The translations under genes were made by a program, and so were the position numbers. Below, one piece after another: positions 1 through 13,479 of a stretch of DNA of 64,000 nt. Below the pieces are notes generated by a model. The model saw only the letters and a program-made list of their open reading frames with translations. It did not search any database and was not told where the DNA came from. The stretch is from contig NC_068982.1 of NCBI RefSeq assembly GCF_001194135.2, positions 20,798,350 to 20,862,349 on the forward strand. The letters run 5' to 3'. The DNA comes from Octopus bimaculoides (Eukaryota). The stretch's first letter is position 1, and the number at the start of each line of letters is the position of its first letter.

Positions 1-42
<42 letters not shown>

Positions 43-58
43 ATACATATACATATAT
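1..58. repeat. (AT)n/(AC) microsatellite
   Basis: Pure AT run grading into ACAT units, read directly. Confidence 0.95.
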
Positions 59-837
59 AAAAGCTTTTGGGTAATGATTCATTGCTAGACCACAATCCTA
101 CTGGGGCCTATGTATATGAAAGCCATATACCTTTAAACGAATAAGATCCGAGTGGAACTTTAATATGCCTGTTACGGTAGTTATCCGATATAACTCATTC
201 ATATTTCAAAATTCCCGTCGTTTTATTATCTTCTATTTCGCGAAATATAGGCCGTTTTATCGGGGAAATTATTGCTAACGTCTGTTGAAGTGTAACTAAT
301 GAAGAACTAATTTATGTTAGATGTTTCAGGACCACACACCCAGTATCTCATACAGTGAAGATAATGAATTAGACGCACGGACGGAAATATCCCTGAATTA
401 GAGGCACATTTGAATTTTAGATTACGCCACTTACACGTGACCCTCGTTTGTTAGGCATTCTTACAAAGCAGTAACAATTGCTGATCGAATACTCTAGTCC
501 TGTCACTGAGAGCAAAGCAAAGTACAAGCATATTTGTCGGCAAGTAGTAGTTGTTGATTGGCGTTCCATAAGATGGCTTATTACTCACTTCTAAGGGAGC
601 AAAAGTGAACTAATCACACCAAATATATAAACATATGAATATTTTACATCCTAGATACCTCATATATCTGAGTTGCAATTCGATGATTCTTGTACCTATT
701 AAGTACATACTCTCAAATATTCTACAAAATGAATATTATACAATAGAATAATGTTCGCAACATAAGTGCATTGCTAGTTAAAAGAACTCATAATCATATG
801 AAAGAAATTATTCTGTTGTAAGGCATATCATTTTATT

Positions 838-869
838 ACTTACAATTGATGCCTCCATCAATTGTAAGT
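838..869. repeat. Perfect 14-bp hairpin
   Basis: ACTTACAATTGATG-cctc-CATCAATTGTAAGT; the arms are exact reverse complements. Confidence 0.9.
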
Positions 870-1203
870 GTAAAGTTGCATGTATTCATCTCATCAAAGA
901 TTAATTTTTTCTACACGCACTCCGTATTCAAGTTGATCCAGCATATATGTATTCAATAGTCTCTGGATAGTGTTAAGATCAGGCATATACTTATGTATAA
1001 AAGGGGTAAACGTCTGATCGCAACAACAGAAATTGTTCAAACAGGGAATTAATGTTCAAATATTGAAATTATGTAACAACAGGTATAATACCCAAATAAT
1101 TTCACGTCTAGTTCTCGGTGGTTCAAAGGTAGGTGGTGAGTGGTTCGATCCGTATGCAGCTCTCTCACGCCAAGTCCCGCTCTCTTCTCAACTTCCCTTT
1201 TTA

Positions 1204-1336
1204 ACAGGAAGTCAACGAGACTACCTGTCTCGTCACTTGCTCACTTCCTGTATATATACATACCTACGTCATTTCGCTTCTGCCACAAGGTTGTTGATAA
1301 ACGTTTATCTCGCCGGCTTCAGAAAATATTGTAAGT
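1204..1336 (+). promoter_or_regulatory. Possible promoter or pLTR-like segment (stem-loop, TATA-like box, GT donor)
   Basis: Inverted ACAGGAAGT/ACTTCCTGT enclose ACGAGAC/GTCTCGT. TATATATA follows at 1251 and GTAAGT at 1331. Function is inferred. Confidence 0.25.
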
Positions 1337-2145
1337 TCTCTCCCTTCATTATATTATAGATATACATAACAATATATATATCCCTCTCTTGAAACACTTC
1401 AGTGTATGATTCTATGTAGGGTTTTTTTCAGTCCATTGAGGATGGACGTCTGTGTTGATCTTAACCAAAACCATAACCAAAATAACTTTACCAATGCATA
1501 GCAAGGTCATCATCATTAATAATAATACAATAATATTATACAATATAATGAAATAGTATTATTAATCATATTAGTAGTGATTGTAGTCGTAATTGTTGCA
1601 GTAGCAGGAGTAGTAGAGTTAGTAACAGTAGTAGTTGATTGTGTCCTTTTAAATAATAAAATATAAATAATGTGTTTAATGTTGAAGCATATTTGCATCA
1701 GCAATAGTAGTTGAAAATTTCCGCAAAAACAGAACAATGCGATTACATTTTAAAGTACACAGCTACTAACATTGTATTATAGTAGTCAAGAAGATACGAA
1801 TGGAAAATAACAAAAGAAAAAACAAATCAATTACAAAGAAGCAAACACTGGAGAAGAGGTCAGAAACAATAATCAAATGAGGCTGGAATGAAAACTATAC
1901 ATAAAAGTTATGATCGTATGGAAGAAAGCCACCCATACGGAATTGATTTTTGTAAAGTTCTTAGAAGACAGGAAGAAACCAACAATATGAGATCAAACGT
2001 CAATTGCAGACATGTTTCTTGGTATATTTGAGTTTAATCTAACAATATCGTAGTTTCACTTAAATCTAGGCTGAGAAATATTGCATTAAAAAACATATGT
2101 GATTGACAAGAAAAAAATAATTTTGCACCGAAATTCGTTACTGAT

Positions 2146-2225
2146 GCTGCTGACGCCGTCGCCGCTAGTGACGACGACGACGACGACGGCGGCGGCGAGG
2201 AGGATGATGGTGATGATGATGATGA
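2146..2225. repeat. Mixed trinucleotide tract (GAC/GGC/GAT)
   Basis: Consecutive GAC, GGC, GAG and GAT runs. Confidence 0.85.
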
Positions 2226-3529
2226 CAAAAATACCAATTTCTACGACGGTAGTGGCAGCTAGCACAATAGAGATAGGAGAAATGCTATGATAGTTATGAT
2301 ATTAAGGATTTCATCGCGAATTCAAAGATTCACTTCGTAGATGTAACACATCTTGCAGTGACATATATTCCCATTATTATTATATCGGGAGTGGTATATA
2401 AATGAAATAGCTCCCATCCATTTTGGAATGAATTTCACTTCAGTATAAGCAGGGATGACACAATCATAACAATCATATGATATTATGATGCTAGATGTTT
2501 CCATTATTTTGTCCAACCCCTGTATATTATTCACGCAGTTATTCATATATTTTGAATTAAAATCTATTAGATTTACCTTACATGGGATGGTCGGTTATCT
2601 GATATAATACGCTTATGGATTTATTGTTCTTGATTTCTTCCAGTATAACTGTGAAAACTGTATCCCATAAGGCGTTGGAAAATAATTATTTCTGTTTAAA
2701 ATAGAAAGAAATAGAAATTGTTTAATCATAGCTATGGTTATGAGAATAGTTCCTTCAGATTCCCTTCGTGATTGGATCATTCAGTGTGAATCTAATTGTA
2801 GTATTTGCCTTAAGTCGACAGGCGCAATAGAAACGACAATTTCACATAGGAAATAACTTTGTATCCAGCAGCTTATGTCTTCCGAAAGAATGAAATTTTG
2901 CGAGCGACTCTATGCCATTCTAGAACTTATAAATTAAGAAACGATTTGAATTCCTGAAACAGGGGGTAAGGAAAGAAACGAATATCCAGTGGAGATTATT
3001 CTGTAAATGGAACTAAGTAAAGAATGATTTACTTGTGAAGCACTTCAATTTTCTCTGGATTTAATGATCTATTTTTAAAGTAAGCTCTTATCGTATAACA
3101 TGACAAGAACGAATGGGATTTAAGAACGTATAAGATTAATTAAATAACAGAAGTGCAAATGAAATAAAATAAAAGCAACTTGAAACAATAAACACGAAGA
3201 TGGCTCAGATTCTATGGCGATTACTCTTCACATGAAATCGAGGTGGTGACAGATAGGAGGTAAACTTATTGAATTAGAGTATCTAATATGAAATTGATAA
3301 GGTTAAGCAACTATATAAGAGACAACTAAATGTAAAACAAGAGTATATTTCTTAGATGTTGATGGAAATTTTTAAAAGAATCCATTTATTTTAGTCGAAA
3401 GGTGGCATTTAAACATATCTACGTTTAGCCATGTAATAAAATGCAATAGCAGTAATTCTTGTAATTCCATGCGTCTATCATGATTAAAAACTGGTGCGAC
3501 CATTTCAGCCTGTCTGTCTCTCTTTCACC

Positions 3530-3595
<66 letters not shown>

Positions 3596-3660
3596 GTCTG
3601 TATGTCTGTCTGTCTGCCTGTCTGCCCGTCTGTCTGTCTATTTATCTATCCATCTATCTA
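3530..3660. repeat. (ATCT)n/(GTCT)n tetranucleotide microsatellite
   Basis: Read directly; it explains the YLSI/SIYL ORFs. Confidence 0.95.
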
Positions 3661-5740
3661 TCTCTGTATATTTGTATTTAGATATGTAAGTGTGCGTTTG
3701 TGTGCGTGCGGGTACGTGTGCAAGTGCGTGTGCTTGTGATGTATGTGTGTGCCTGTGTGTATGTGTGTATCATTGTATCGACGAGATTAACTGATGTTAT
3801 TATACATCGCTTGTTAAAATGCTCTGGTTTTTGAATGACGCCCCCTACTTTCTCACTAGATGGTCATCCATTGGCAGTTTTGTGTGTATGAATTCTAATT
3901 ATGTGTGTGCTGCTATATGTATAAGAATATATGTGAGTGCCAGTTTTTGTGTGAGATAGTTTACATAAAATAGTAAGCGATTCTGCTGTTCATGTTAATA
4001 AAAGCTGCCTTATTCATATTCAGTATGGATGACTGCAACGTCTATGCACTCAACAGATATACACCGCGCTATGAATTCGTTCGCAAATACATGCACCAAT
4101 GTTACTCCAACTTCTATTGCAGAATATTGCTCGTAAAAATAGATTTTGTAGATGACGAATTAAATAATATCAAGATAGAGCGCAAGTCAAAAACAATACT
4201 TTTCTTATTTATTTTTTGTATGTGTATTTAATATTCTATACTCCAATTCACATTTTTGTAAACTAAATAAGCTTGAAGAAGACTGAATAAGCACAAGACA
4301 AAAGGAAAATGCAGGTGATTAAAAAGATTTATGAGCTCTGATTCCATATAATTTAATATCATTTATTTAATTTCTGATTTTCAGAAGAAGGGGAAAACAA
4401 GAAATACCATACCACACTGTCCTATTTTCGTTGCCGTAAAATATGGCGGATTTTTTTGCTTATACAAAACAAACCAGTATTCGCCATATCTTTATCGTTC
4501 ACTGCGTTAAAATAAAAATATAAATGGAAACGTTTATTAATGAATTATGAAGCGGAAGAAAGTAAATAGTAACTTATATCTACAATCAGTCGCATTCCCA
4601 TGTGAAATCTGACCGTGCTTTAGTACGTTGCTAGGTATAAGTATTACATTGCAGTTGATATAGCTTAAAAGAGTTTGTATCTTATTCCTTCCACTTTAAT
4701 GAATGCTATTGATTACCGCATTGAGGATATCATTCACAATCCAATTAAATACCAAGCAATTTGCTTTCCTAGTAACCACATTGGCGAATCTCTCACAAAA
4801 ACTATATAATTTAGTGAGGTTGTTTCTTTGTGTTTATTGTTTATCATATATTTATTTCCTCCCAATTTCCCAATAGATATGAAGAGGAAAATCATTAATT
4901 GGCTCGAGGATGTAAAAATGTAGAAATTTAAAGGAGGTAATATACATAAAGAGAAGAAAGCAACGAAAAAGAAAAAGTGGTAGCGATGGTGGTGTTAATA
5001 GTAGCAACAGCAAGAACAGTAGTAATAATAGCAGATCATGTTAGTTATCGTATTTTAGTAACATATTGATCGGCTAAACGATAGATTAGTCAGGAACAGA
5101 ACGGCTATAGTCGTAAGTATATAGAGAGATGAGTAGATTATATAACTTGTCTAGATACATTGATAGATATACATATATGGCCGTATGAACATGTGTATAC
5201 AAAACGGTAAATACATTTGTGAATATGGATAGTATTATTTTTATGAACAAAATCGGCCAAAATAGGAGGGTGCTTATAAGGGTAGCATCTACAGCAATAG
5301 ATAATGCAGTACATAAAACTATTTTATATATTAAGAACTTAAGGTATATTATGTTGTAACTGCACACATGCGCGCACACACACACTCACCCGTATATCCA
5401 TCATCCATGTATAAGTATTTATTTGTTTATTACAGAATGCAAACTTAACAGAAGTGGGGAGAAACTACTACAAGGATGGGAAGAGTTGTATATTCATTCG
5501 AACTCAAGAAATTTATTACCGAATTTCTTACTACTAATGATAATTGAAACTAAAAAGAAAAAAAAAACATTTGTACGGTGAGAGTTACTTCTTCATAGAC
5601 TAGATATACAGAATGTATCTAATCATAGAATTTGTATTAGTCACTTTGTCATTCAATAAGCCGTACGGCTACTTACATACGAAATTTGTTGTTGTATGAG
5701 GAGGTTATTTCTTTATATATTATCAGAGCATCTTTCATGT

Positions 5741-5974
5741 ACTCTTTTACTTGTTTCAGTCATTCGACAGTGATCATGCTGGAGCACCGCTTTTCGTCGA
5801 GCAAATCGACCCCAGGACTGATTCTTTGTAAGCCTAGTACTTATTCTAACGGTCTCTTGCAGAACCGCTAAGTTACGGGGACGTAAACACATCACCTTCG
5901 GTTGTCAAACGATGTTAGGTGGGACAAACACAGACACATACACACACACACACACACGCACACACACACAAACA

Positions 5975-6050
<76 letters not shown>

Positions 6051-6217
6051 TACCCACATATATATATATATACGACGGGCTTCTTTCAGTTTCCGTCTAC
6101 CAAATCTACTCACAAGGTTTTGGTCAGCTTGAGGTTATAGTAGAAGACACTTGCCGAAGATACCACGCAGTGGGACTGAACCCGGATGCATGTGGTTCGT
6201 AAGCAAACTACTTACAA
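5741..6217 (-). mobile_element. tRNA-derived SINE with internal (AT)n(GT)n, near full length (octopus OR-type/CORE-like)
   Basis: Minus strand: head with B-box-like GGGTTCAGTCCC, CORE-like GGCAAGTGTC block, internal microsatellite, and tail ending GACTGAAACAAGTAAAAGAGT. The same blocks recur at 20.9, 31.2, 31.6, 35.0 and 55.0 kb. The family name is from memory. Confidence 0.85.
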
Positions 6218-9200
6218 CGAAAAGTTTGGCTGAATGAGTAGCGTGATAAGCATTCTTGCATACCCTTCCTCAGCTGCAAATTGAAGCCAATAAGGCTTTC
6301 AGATGCTCAGTCATATATGCATTGCAACACAGCAGATTGTCTTTGAACTTCTATTATTTTAATCCGTACATCACAACTGATTAATGCTATAATGACGTTT
6401 GTTTCATGATTTCAAACCAAATGAATGTATGCATTACCCTGCCTTACGCGACTGCAGTTTTACACTACAATCACAATCCATACTTCTTGCTTATTCAATT
6501 GTTTCTCATCAAGTTGCAAACCCGTCATGCTTGAAAAATATTTGATGGAATTAAATGCATAGATTCAAACGAGACAACCCTCATTTGCTGATATGAAGCT
6601 TCCATCATCTCAATATCTATGGCCACGGTCTATCATACTTGCTGTTTATGGCCCCTCTTGATTGCCAGATTGGCAGTTGATTAATAAACGTAACTAAGCA
6701 ATTGTATGTCGATCTCCTCGATGTTAACTAAAAAATTAACAGGATGGCGGTTTTAGTTTTCCGGACATTCGCTGTAACACCCATGTTTCCGGTAACAATT
6801 TTCGGAATAAAGATCTGCTTATAAAGCGAACGTTTGTCTGCCAATAATTTGATGACGGGCAATAATGCCACGACTGGACATCACTTATGATCCCAAATGA
6901 AATTGGGTTTTTATTCGGATAACAAACAGAATTACAATCAAAATTCCGTTATACACCGCATTCATTTTATCATAGTTTTTAAAAAATTTTCTAGCTTATA
7001 TCTTTGACTGTAACTTTTCTCACTCCAGTTTCTTGAGAAGGAAAACTGCTATGCATTTTCATTGATATTTATTTGATTGTCGTTTCGAATTTTCTCTCAA
7101 AATTATTATTTTGCAACTTATAGGTTCTCCTACTTAGTGAATTTCGTCTTATACATTTTTTAATGCATTTCCTTATCGTTCTTACTTTATGTACATATTT
7201 TTCTTTCGGTGTTTATATTTTTCATCTCCATTTTTCTTCTATCGTTTTCTTTCAGATTCCTGTTAGATTTCTATTTTTCACTGCAGTTGCTTCATTTTTT
7301 TCTTTTCATGATAAAGTTTCACTTTTCATTTACTTTGACGTGTCTAAAATGTGTTGTATTTTTATGGATTTTTTTTTCTATTTTTCGTGTTCAAATTCTT
7401 TAAACATTTTTGTTTTTATATTTTCATTTCAAGTTAATGCTTTTGTATCTATTGTATTGTTATTTAACTTTTTTTATTAGTACTATATCTTGTATTGTAT
7501 TTATCACCGTAAAATGCTTACTTCCTCTTCTGCACCACATTCTTTTTCCTTATCTCTCTTCCTTTACTACGTTCGTCCCTGAATCATGAGTTTACAACTC
7601 GAAACTTACCTAAACGCATGGTTACAAGAAATGCATGCGTCCAATAGACGTGACATTCGTATGAATATTGGATATTTTTTTTGCAACAGAAATGCTGCAA
7701 TCAAGCAGACAAGCCTGCAATCCCAGCAAGACAGCTTTACATGATTCTAATCAGTACAAGTGAAAGTGTCAAAATAGAAGTATCGTTAATTAATTTAAAC
7801 TCGCATGTCAGGAACATGACCGTGTAATCGAAATTGTTAACTTCAAGAAGTATTAATGACATTTAGTGGAAGTATTTTTGTGTGAAATTGTTTCTGTGAA
7901 CTGTAATTTATATTTCTATCGTGTTTTTTGTTAGCTTAAATAATGTTTTTTTCCTCAGTCTTATTTTTACCTTTGTTCATGTTCATTCTTTTGTAATGCA
8001 CCGCAACCTATCTGTTGCACCCTTCAATATACCAAATATATAATTTCTTGCATATCATGTTACAGTCATATGTTTTATCTAGAGACATGTATAACGTTCG
8101 AAATATGTTTTCCATTTTTATTACGTTTGAATTTTCAATTTGAATAGAAAAATGAGATATTTTCTTAAATCGAAAAGCGTAGCAGGATATGATATAGAAA
8201 TTTGTTTTCGAATTCCATTACAAAAATTTGATTTGATACGTGTTAGAATCATATCCCCTACTCATTTTGATTTAGTTTTTTAATATTTCTGATTTGATTT
8301 CTTTTCCAGCTTCATGTTATGAAACTTTCGTACATTTATATATTTACTGATATTAGATTTCCAAAAGGAAATTTAAAACAACAATTTTGCAAAATCTAAA
8401 ATTGAAAAGCTTAACCGAATATACTTATGTTCCTTTGCGATGAGTTTAAATCCGCTACTAACTTAATGTTTGCTTACGGTTATGAGACAACGTTACATAC
8501 CAGGCGCATACTTGTGATCATTCAATTGTCAAATGAACATACTAAATCCATGGTTTTGTCACTGTGTACAAAACAACAATATTGCGCCTGTTTCTGAAAA
8601 ACCGATGGCATCTAACTTCAACGATGTGCTTATATTAACATTATATTTCCAGCAACATGCCGATTTCATATTAATTTCAACTATTATGGGAATCCGAATC
8701 TTTAACAACGCACAATTTTATTTTCTAAATAAATATTTATATTCATATGTTAAATCTCATACTGCATATAAACCATATAACTCTATGCATATATGAAAAA
8801 CAAAGCTAGGGCAATGTTACAAAATGTTATGAATAAAACAAAAGCAAATATTAGAAAATACTTTTGTCGTCAGTAGATATTTCGATCACGTTATTGGTGA
8901 TATTTTCAAGATTAATGATGACTGAGACGCCGTTATTGTATATCATTGTAAATGAATAGATGACACGTATATACACATCGTTAGTGAAATATTACAGTGT
9001 GGCTGCTGCAGGATGAAATACATAATACGTGATTTACGGCCGTAATACATATTGCACTTACGCAGGGTATATTATGGCAGAAATGCTTCGCACTTAGTGT
9101 GCAAACCAGTATATAGTGAAGAGAAACAAAATAACATATGTCTACATGAATAATCAGCTTGCACTTAGCTCGTAGAATCCTTTATTAGTTGTGTCTGCTA

Positions 9201-10143
9201 CTGAGGATTTAAGCAAAAAATATGTAATACGTTTATAAGCTGAGTATATCTCTTATATTTATATCATACGAAAATGATCATTTTCACGTAAGTTTGAATC
9301 AATTTTAACATTTCTGAAGAAACATAATGTGACAAGAGTCACATTATTCTTGCTTACTAAATAAGGGAATTGAGAGCCTTTATAGAATATATTGATTGTC
9401 TATTCATCAAAATCTCTTTTAAATTTACAACTAATTTTGTTTTTCAGAATGACAAAATCTTCACACTATCACCTATCAAAGCATGTTAATTCATCTGTAT
9501 TCATGAAATGTGCAAATTTCGCTTAAGATACAGTGACATATTTACTGTGTTGTGCACGGAATATCTTAACGAAACTCATTCAGTTATAACTGGAGAGTCA
9601 AATACGATTTCGTTTCTTTATAAAATGCATAAGTATTATGGATTTTCTATTTAAGTACATATATTTTGTAAATCATTCGTCTTTCTGTATTTCATTTATC
9701 TCTTTATAGTTTTATTGACCAATACTGAATATATTGCTAGGTCAGTTTCATTGATTATATGATATTATCTTTTATTTATGTGTCTATATTGTGTAGGATA
9801 GAAGAATGGTTTAAATGATGTGCTGTTGGGATAGTCTACATTATTTTGCATTTACAACTTTCCATCACATAATTTCGCTTTACACATTAGATCACAGTAA
9901 TACTAGAATATGTATATTGCATTATATATATACAATTCACATAACTGCCATGCTCTAAAAATTTAAGGCTTTGTGGCATGATAACTATAATACTACTACT
10001 AACGATAAATGCCTAAATATATAATTTACAAGAATATAAGAATAGACACAACCGTGTAGGTAAAAAAAATGCTTTAGGATTGTAGCCGGGAGCATTGCTT
10101 CGAAATAAAAGAATATCGGTATAAACAGAAAACATCTCAAACT

Positions 10144-10790
10144 ATGAAGCTGAATCCCATCGAATTCAGTGCAATACTACATCTCAAAATACAGCTCATA
10201 ACGGCAGTATCAAGACCAGAGGCAAATCCGCCACCACCACCACTACAACGAATAAACATAACACAGCACATAGTGACCGTCTCTCGACCACAACTCACCA
10301 CTGCGCTCGCCACTACAAAGAATAACTCGTTAATAAATGACGTGAACCATACTACTTCTTTCGCAGAGACAGCAGCAAAGAGCAACGAATATATTTTGTA
10401 TGGATTTGCTTCAGAAAGACATGTGTCTAGCCAGTAGTGCCACCCCACACGAGACGCTGGCAGAAACAAAAAAGAAATATGTTGGACACATGTGTCTCCG
10501 TAAACTCGAAGCGACCAGAGATGGCGATCCAGGCGGACGTGGAAAGGGCACTGAAAGAAATAATGTTCGATATTCTTCCTATTTCGAGGGTTAAACCGTT
10601 TACAGACATTTCAGTGCCCTTTAATCTGAAGCTCTAGCGTCCAAATACTCCGGGATTCCATGTCTGAGTGAAAAATATATGCTTCATCCATCCAATTTAA
10701 GAAGGAAGATGGTGCGCAGAAAGATAGCTGTGATAGCACCAGAGGTAAACCTGAGGTGGGTTCCCGCAGCGATCCTTTTGGAATGGTCTG
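10144..10790 (+). mobile_element. Degenerate non-LTR retrotransposon ORF1 (L1/Tx1-type), frameshifted
   Basis: Stitched frames give SVNSKRPEMAIQADVERALKE...SEALASKYSGIPCLSEKYMLHPSNLRRKMVRRKIAVIAPEVNLRWVPAAIL. This aligns by eye with the 27178-27648 ORF (SSFSKRTGKATEKAIEKHLE...EEEAFNHSTIPLRSHEWVLLPAYCRKRVAKIRVGRVPPEIEEALLIAAIT). Confidence 0.65.
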
Positions 10791-11804
10791 GGACCAGTGT
10801 GGAAGTACTCATCTAAATTGAACAAGAAGCTATTCACAAGAAGCTATTTACTGGTTTCTTTAATTTTCAGCCATTGAATCATGATTTGAATGTTTAGATC
10901 ATGTAGTTATCTAGGGTCAATTTCTGTGTAACTTTCTTCATCTATTTGACTTTCATCTGCCTTAAGTTTATGCTTGGTTCAGAGAGTATCTCACTTTGCC
11001 TATCAGTTACATTAACTCTTTAAATTATCGTTGCCTTTTCATCAGACCTGGCCTTGTCTATAATTATTTCCTCTTCTTTAGCTGCAACTTCGTTCCTTTT
11101 ATCCCTTACTGATTGTTTAATTTGTTCAATCCCTAATTCAGTAAGTAATTACTTTTTCATAATGTTTATTCTGATATTGACAAGTTTGTTACTGTTTATG
11201 CAGGATCTTACTTCAAGGTCTCCAGTCTAAGTAGGTTTGTACAGTATTAGATTTATTTGCTGTGGTTATTTTGATGAATCACTATTCTTATACTCACTAT
11301 TTGTATTCCAATTATTTGCATTGATATTACAGCTTTACGAACGTATCTGAAAGTAAAAATAAAAACCCCACACAAATAGCAATTGCAAAAGAAATACAAC
11401 GTAAATATTATATAATTATCATAATTACCATATACGCGGTAAATTGCTATTATTACCTATAAAAATCAGGTAAGTTTTGAAAACTATTGAACTTACGTGT
11501 ATGTATTCGGTCTTAATGTGCACACTAATGCAGTGTTTAAATTAAAATCCATTCACTTTTTACATATAATATTTTTTTTTGTGAAGTGCATAAATAAATT
11601 GAAATATTATACGCGATACTCTGATACATGTTTTGCAAGGTATCACTGTTTTAGCAGCAGTCATTTTATAATTTTTACTTTGTCACTATCATATTTGATA
11701 TTGCTGCGCATCGTGCCAAATCTAATGCAGCACAACCACCATCTAATGCATTCCAGCTCTTATTAATCGTGCCCATTGTACAACATTATGTACACATAGG
11801 ATAT

Positions 11805-11834
11805 GTGTGTTTGTGTGTGTGTATGTGTGTGTGT

Positions 11835-11867
<33 letters not shown>
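11805..11867. repeat. (GT)n microsatellite
   Basis: Read directly. Confidence 0.95.
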
Positions 11868-12666
11868 ATACATAAAATCAAGGTGTTCTTTGAGAGGAAT
11901 TTGTCTGTTGGTTCTAACAAATCACACAACCATATATGCTAACTTGTTAGCTTGTTTGTAATAATGTAATTGTGTTTGGCCTAGATTCTCTTTTATTCTG
12001 ATCATTATATTGGGTTTGATTTTCGATATTGCTGGCGGTGATTGTTTTGTTTGCACCTTGTATATTAATACGAAGACCTGTCAGGGTGTTACTGCAGACA
12101 AATACTATTTGTGCTACGAGCTAAGCTACTTGCTAATGTTTCAGCATTCGTGTTCTGTTCGAAAAGAATTAAAAAAAAATGTTTTGCTGATATTTCCTAC
12201 AGAGTTTATAGTAGCAACACACAACAATGTTTAATGAAACAAGTTTGTTGGGTTTTCCTACAGCGATAACGGATATGAAACAGCCTAAACAATATGAATG
12301 AAGGCAGCAAAATTATCATTGTTATTTTTGTGTGTGTTACATCAGATGTTATTGCTTCCTTGTTATTTATTAGAATTAAAAGCACTAATGATTTTAATAA
12401 CAATACTATTATGAATAATAATATTAATGATTCACTTTATTAACCATAAGAACCTTGTACATAAGGAACGCACGAAATCGATAATCCGTCAAAATGAAGG
12501 AGAAATAATAAGCAGTGTTCTAGAGTGGTATCTTTGGGAAGTACTGACATATGTTCAGGTTGACTTTTACATTTTATTCTCATATGATTAGAAATTACGT
12601 CACATGTATGATTTAGTGTATACATATACATAGAAATATAGGTATATATGAATAAATACACACTAA

Positions 12667-12668
<2 letters not shown>

Positions 12669-12732
<64 letters not shown>

Positions 12733-12760
12733 CTCTCTCTCTCTCTCCCTCCCTCTCTCA
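12669..12760. repeat. (AC)n(CT)n compound microsatellite
   Basis: Read directly. Confidence 0.95.
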
Positions 12761-13479
12761 TACACACACATACAAATATATACTTGACTGAGTGTGAGTG
12801 CTTCTGTGTGGCACGCACGCACACACCAATTAATCTAACGTCCGCACTTGCACGACCTTCTAGATATATTGGGTACGGTTGACCAGTAATTCAACTTAGC
12901 AAAACCAATATTGTTATTATTGAACTGGCCCCTGGAAGTGTTATACCTGTATTGCAAAACCTGTATTAGTGCTTAACAGCACAATCTTCAAATATTGTTA
13001 AAATCATCAGTTTAGCATGTTATTTTCTTACAGGTATTGTAATATTAGTTGGGGATAAGAATGAGTTATCTTTGGTAATTGAATACTCAGTTTACTGTTA
13101 CTTGAAGAATATTGATTGATGAAGTCGAGGACAATACATGCTACTCCATTAGTTAGTTTGTCGACAACGGGATATGCAATTAATGATATAAATAATAGTT
13201 AATTAAAGTCATATCAAAATGTACTGTATGCACATTGAAGTATCTGTAGTAGATGATAAAATACAATATGTGAAGAAAATATCAAATTGAGAAGCTTTCA
13301 CACATGAATTGATAAAGCAAATATACAGATGTGGCAAGCTCGATGTAGTTTAGCCAGAATTTGCTACTAATGACAACAATATATGTATACGGATTCATAA
13401 ATATCTTTCAGCAAACATTTATTATAACTCAAATTGAGTACAACATTTGGGACTGTGAATACAGAAATTTCTACTTTAA

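Noticed and set aside
1430-1475. Hammerhead-like TTGAGGA...CCAAAAC
   Set aside because: Both core motifs are mutated, and there is no NUH triplet or stem I partner.
5892-6202. HT/YI/CV-repeat ORFs here and elsewhere
   Set aside because: Translations of dinucleotide, trinucleotide and tetranucleotide microsatellites.
6400-6700. VRQG tetrapeptide suggesting an RT remnant
   Set aside because: No neighbouring RT motifs are recoverable in any frame.
10930-11150. Minus-strand peptide vaguely like a PLE N-terminus (EEEIIIDKARSDEK)
   Set aside because: The ADKG motif is not matched; too weak to call.
11332-11475. Exon candidate ending in CAG|GTAAGT
   Set aside because: Very AT-rich, with a stop shortly before the donor in the longest frame.
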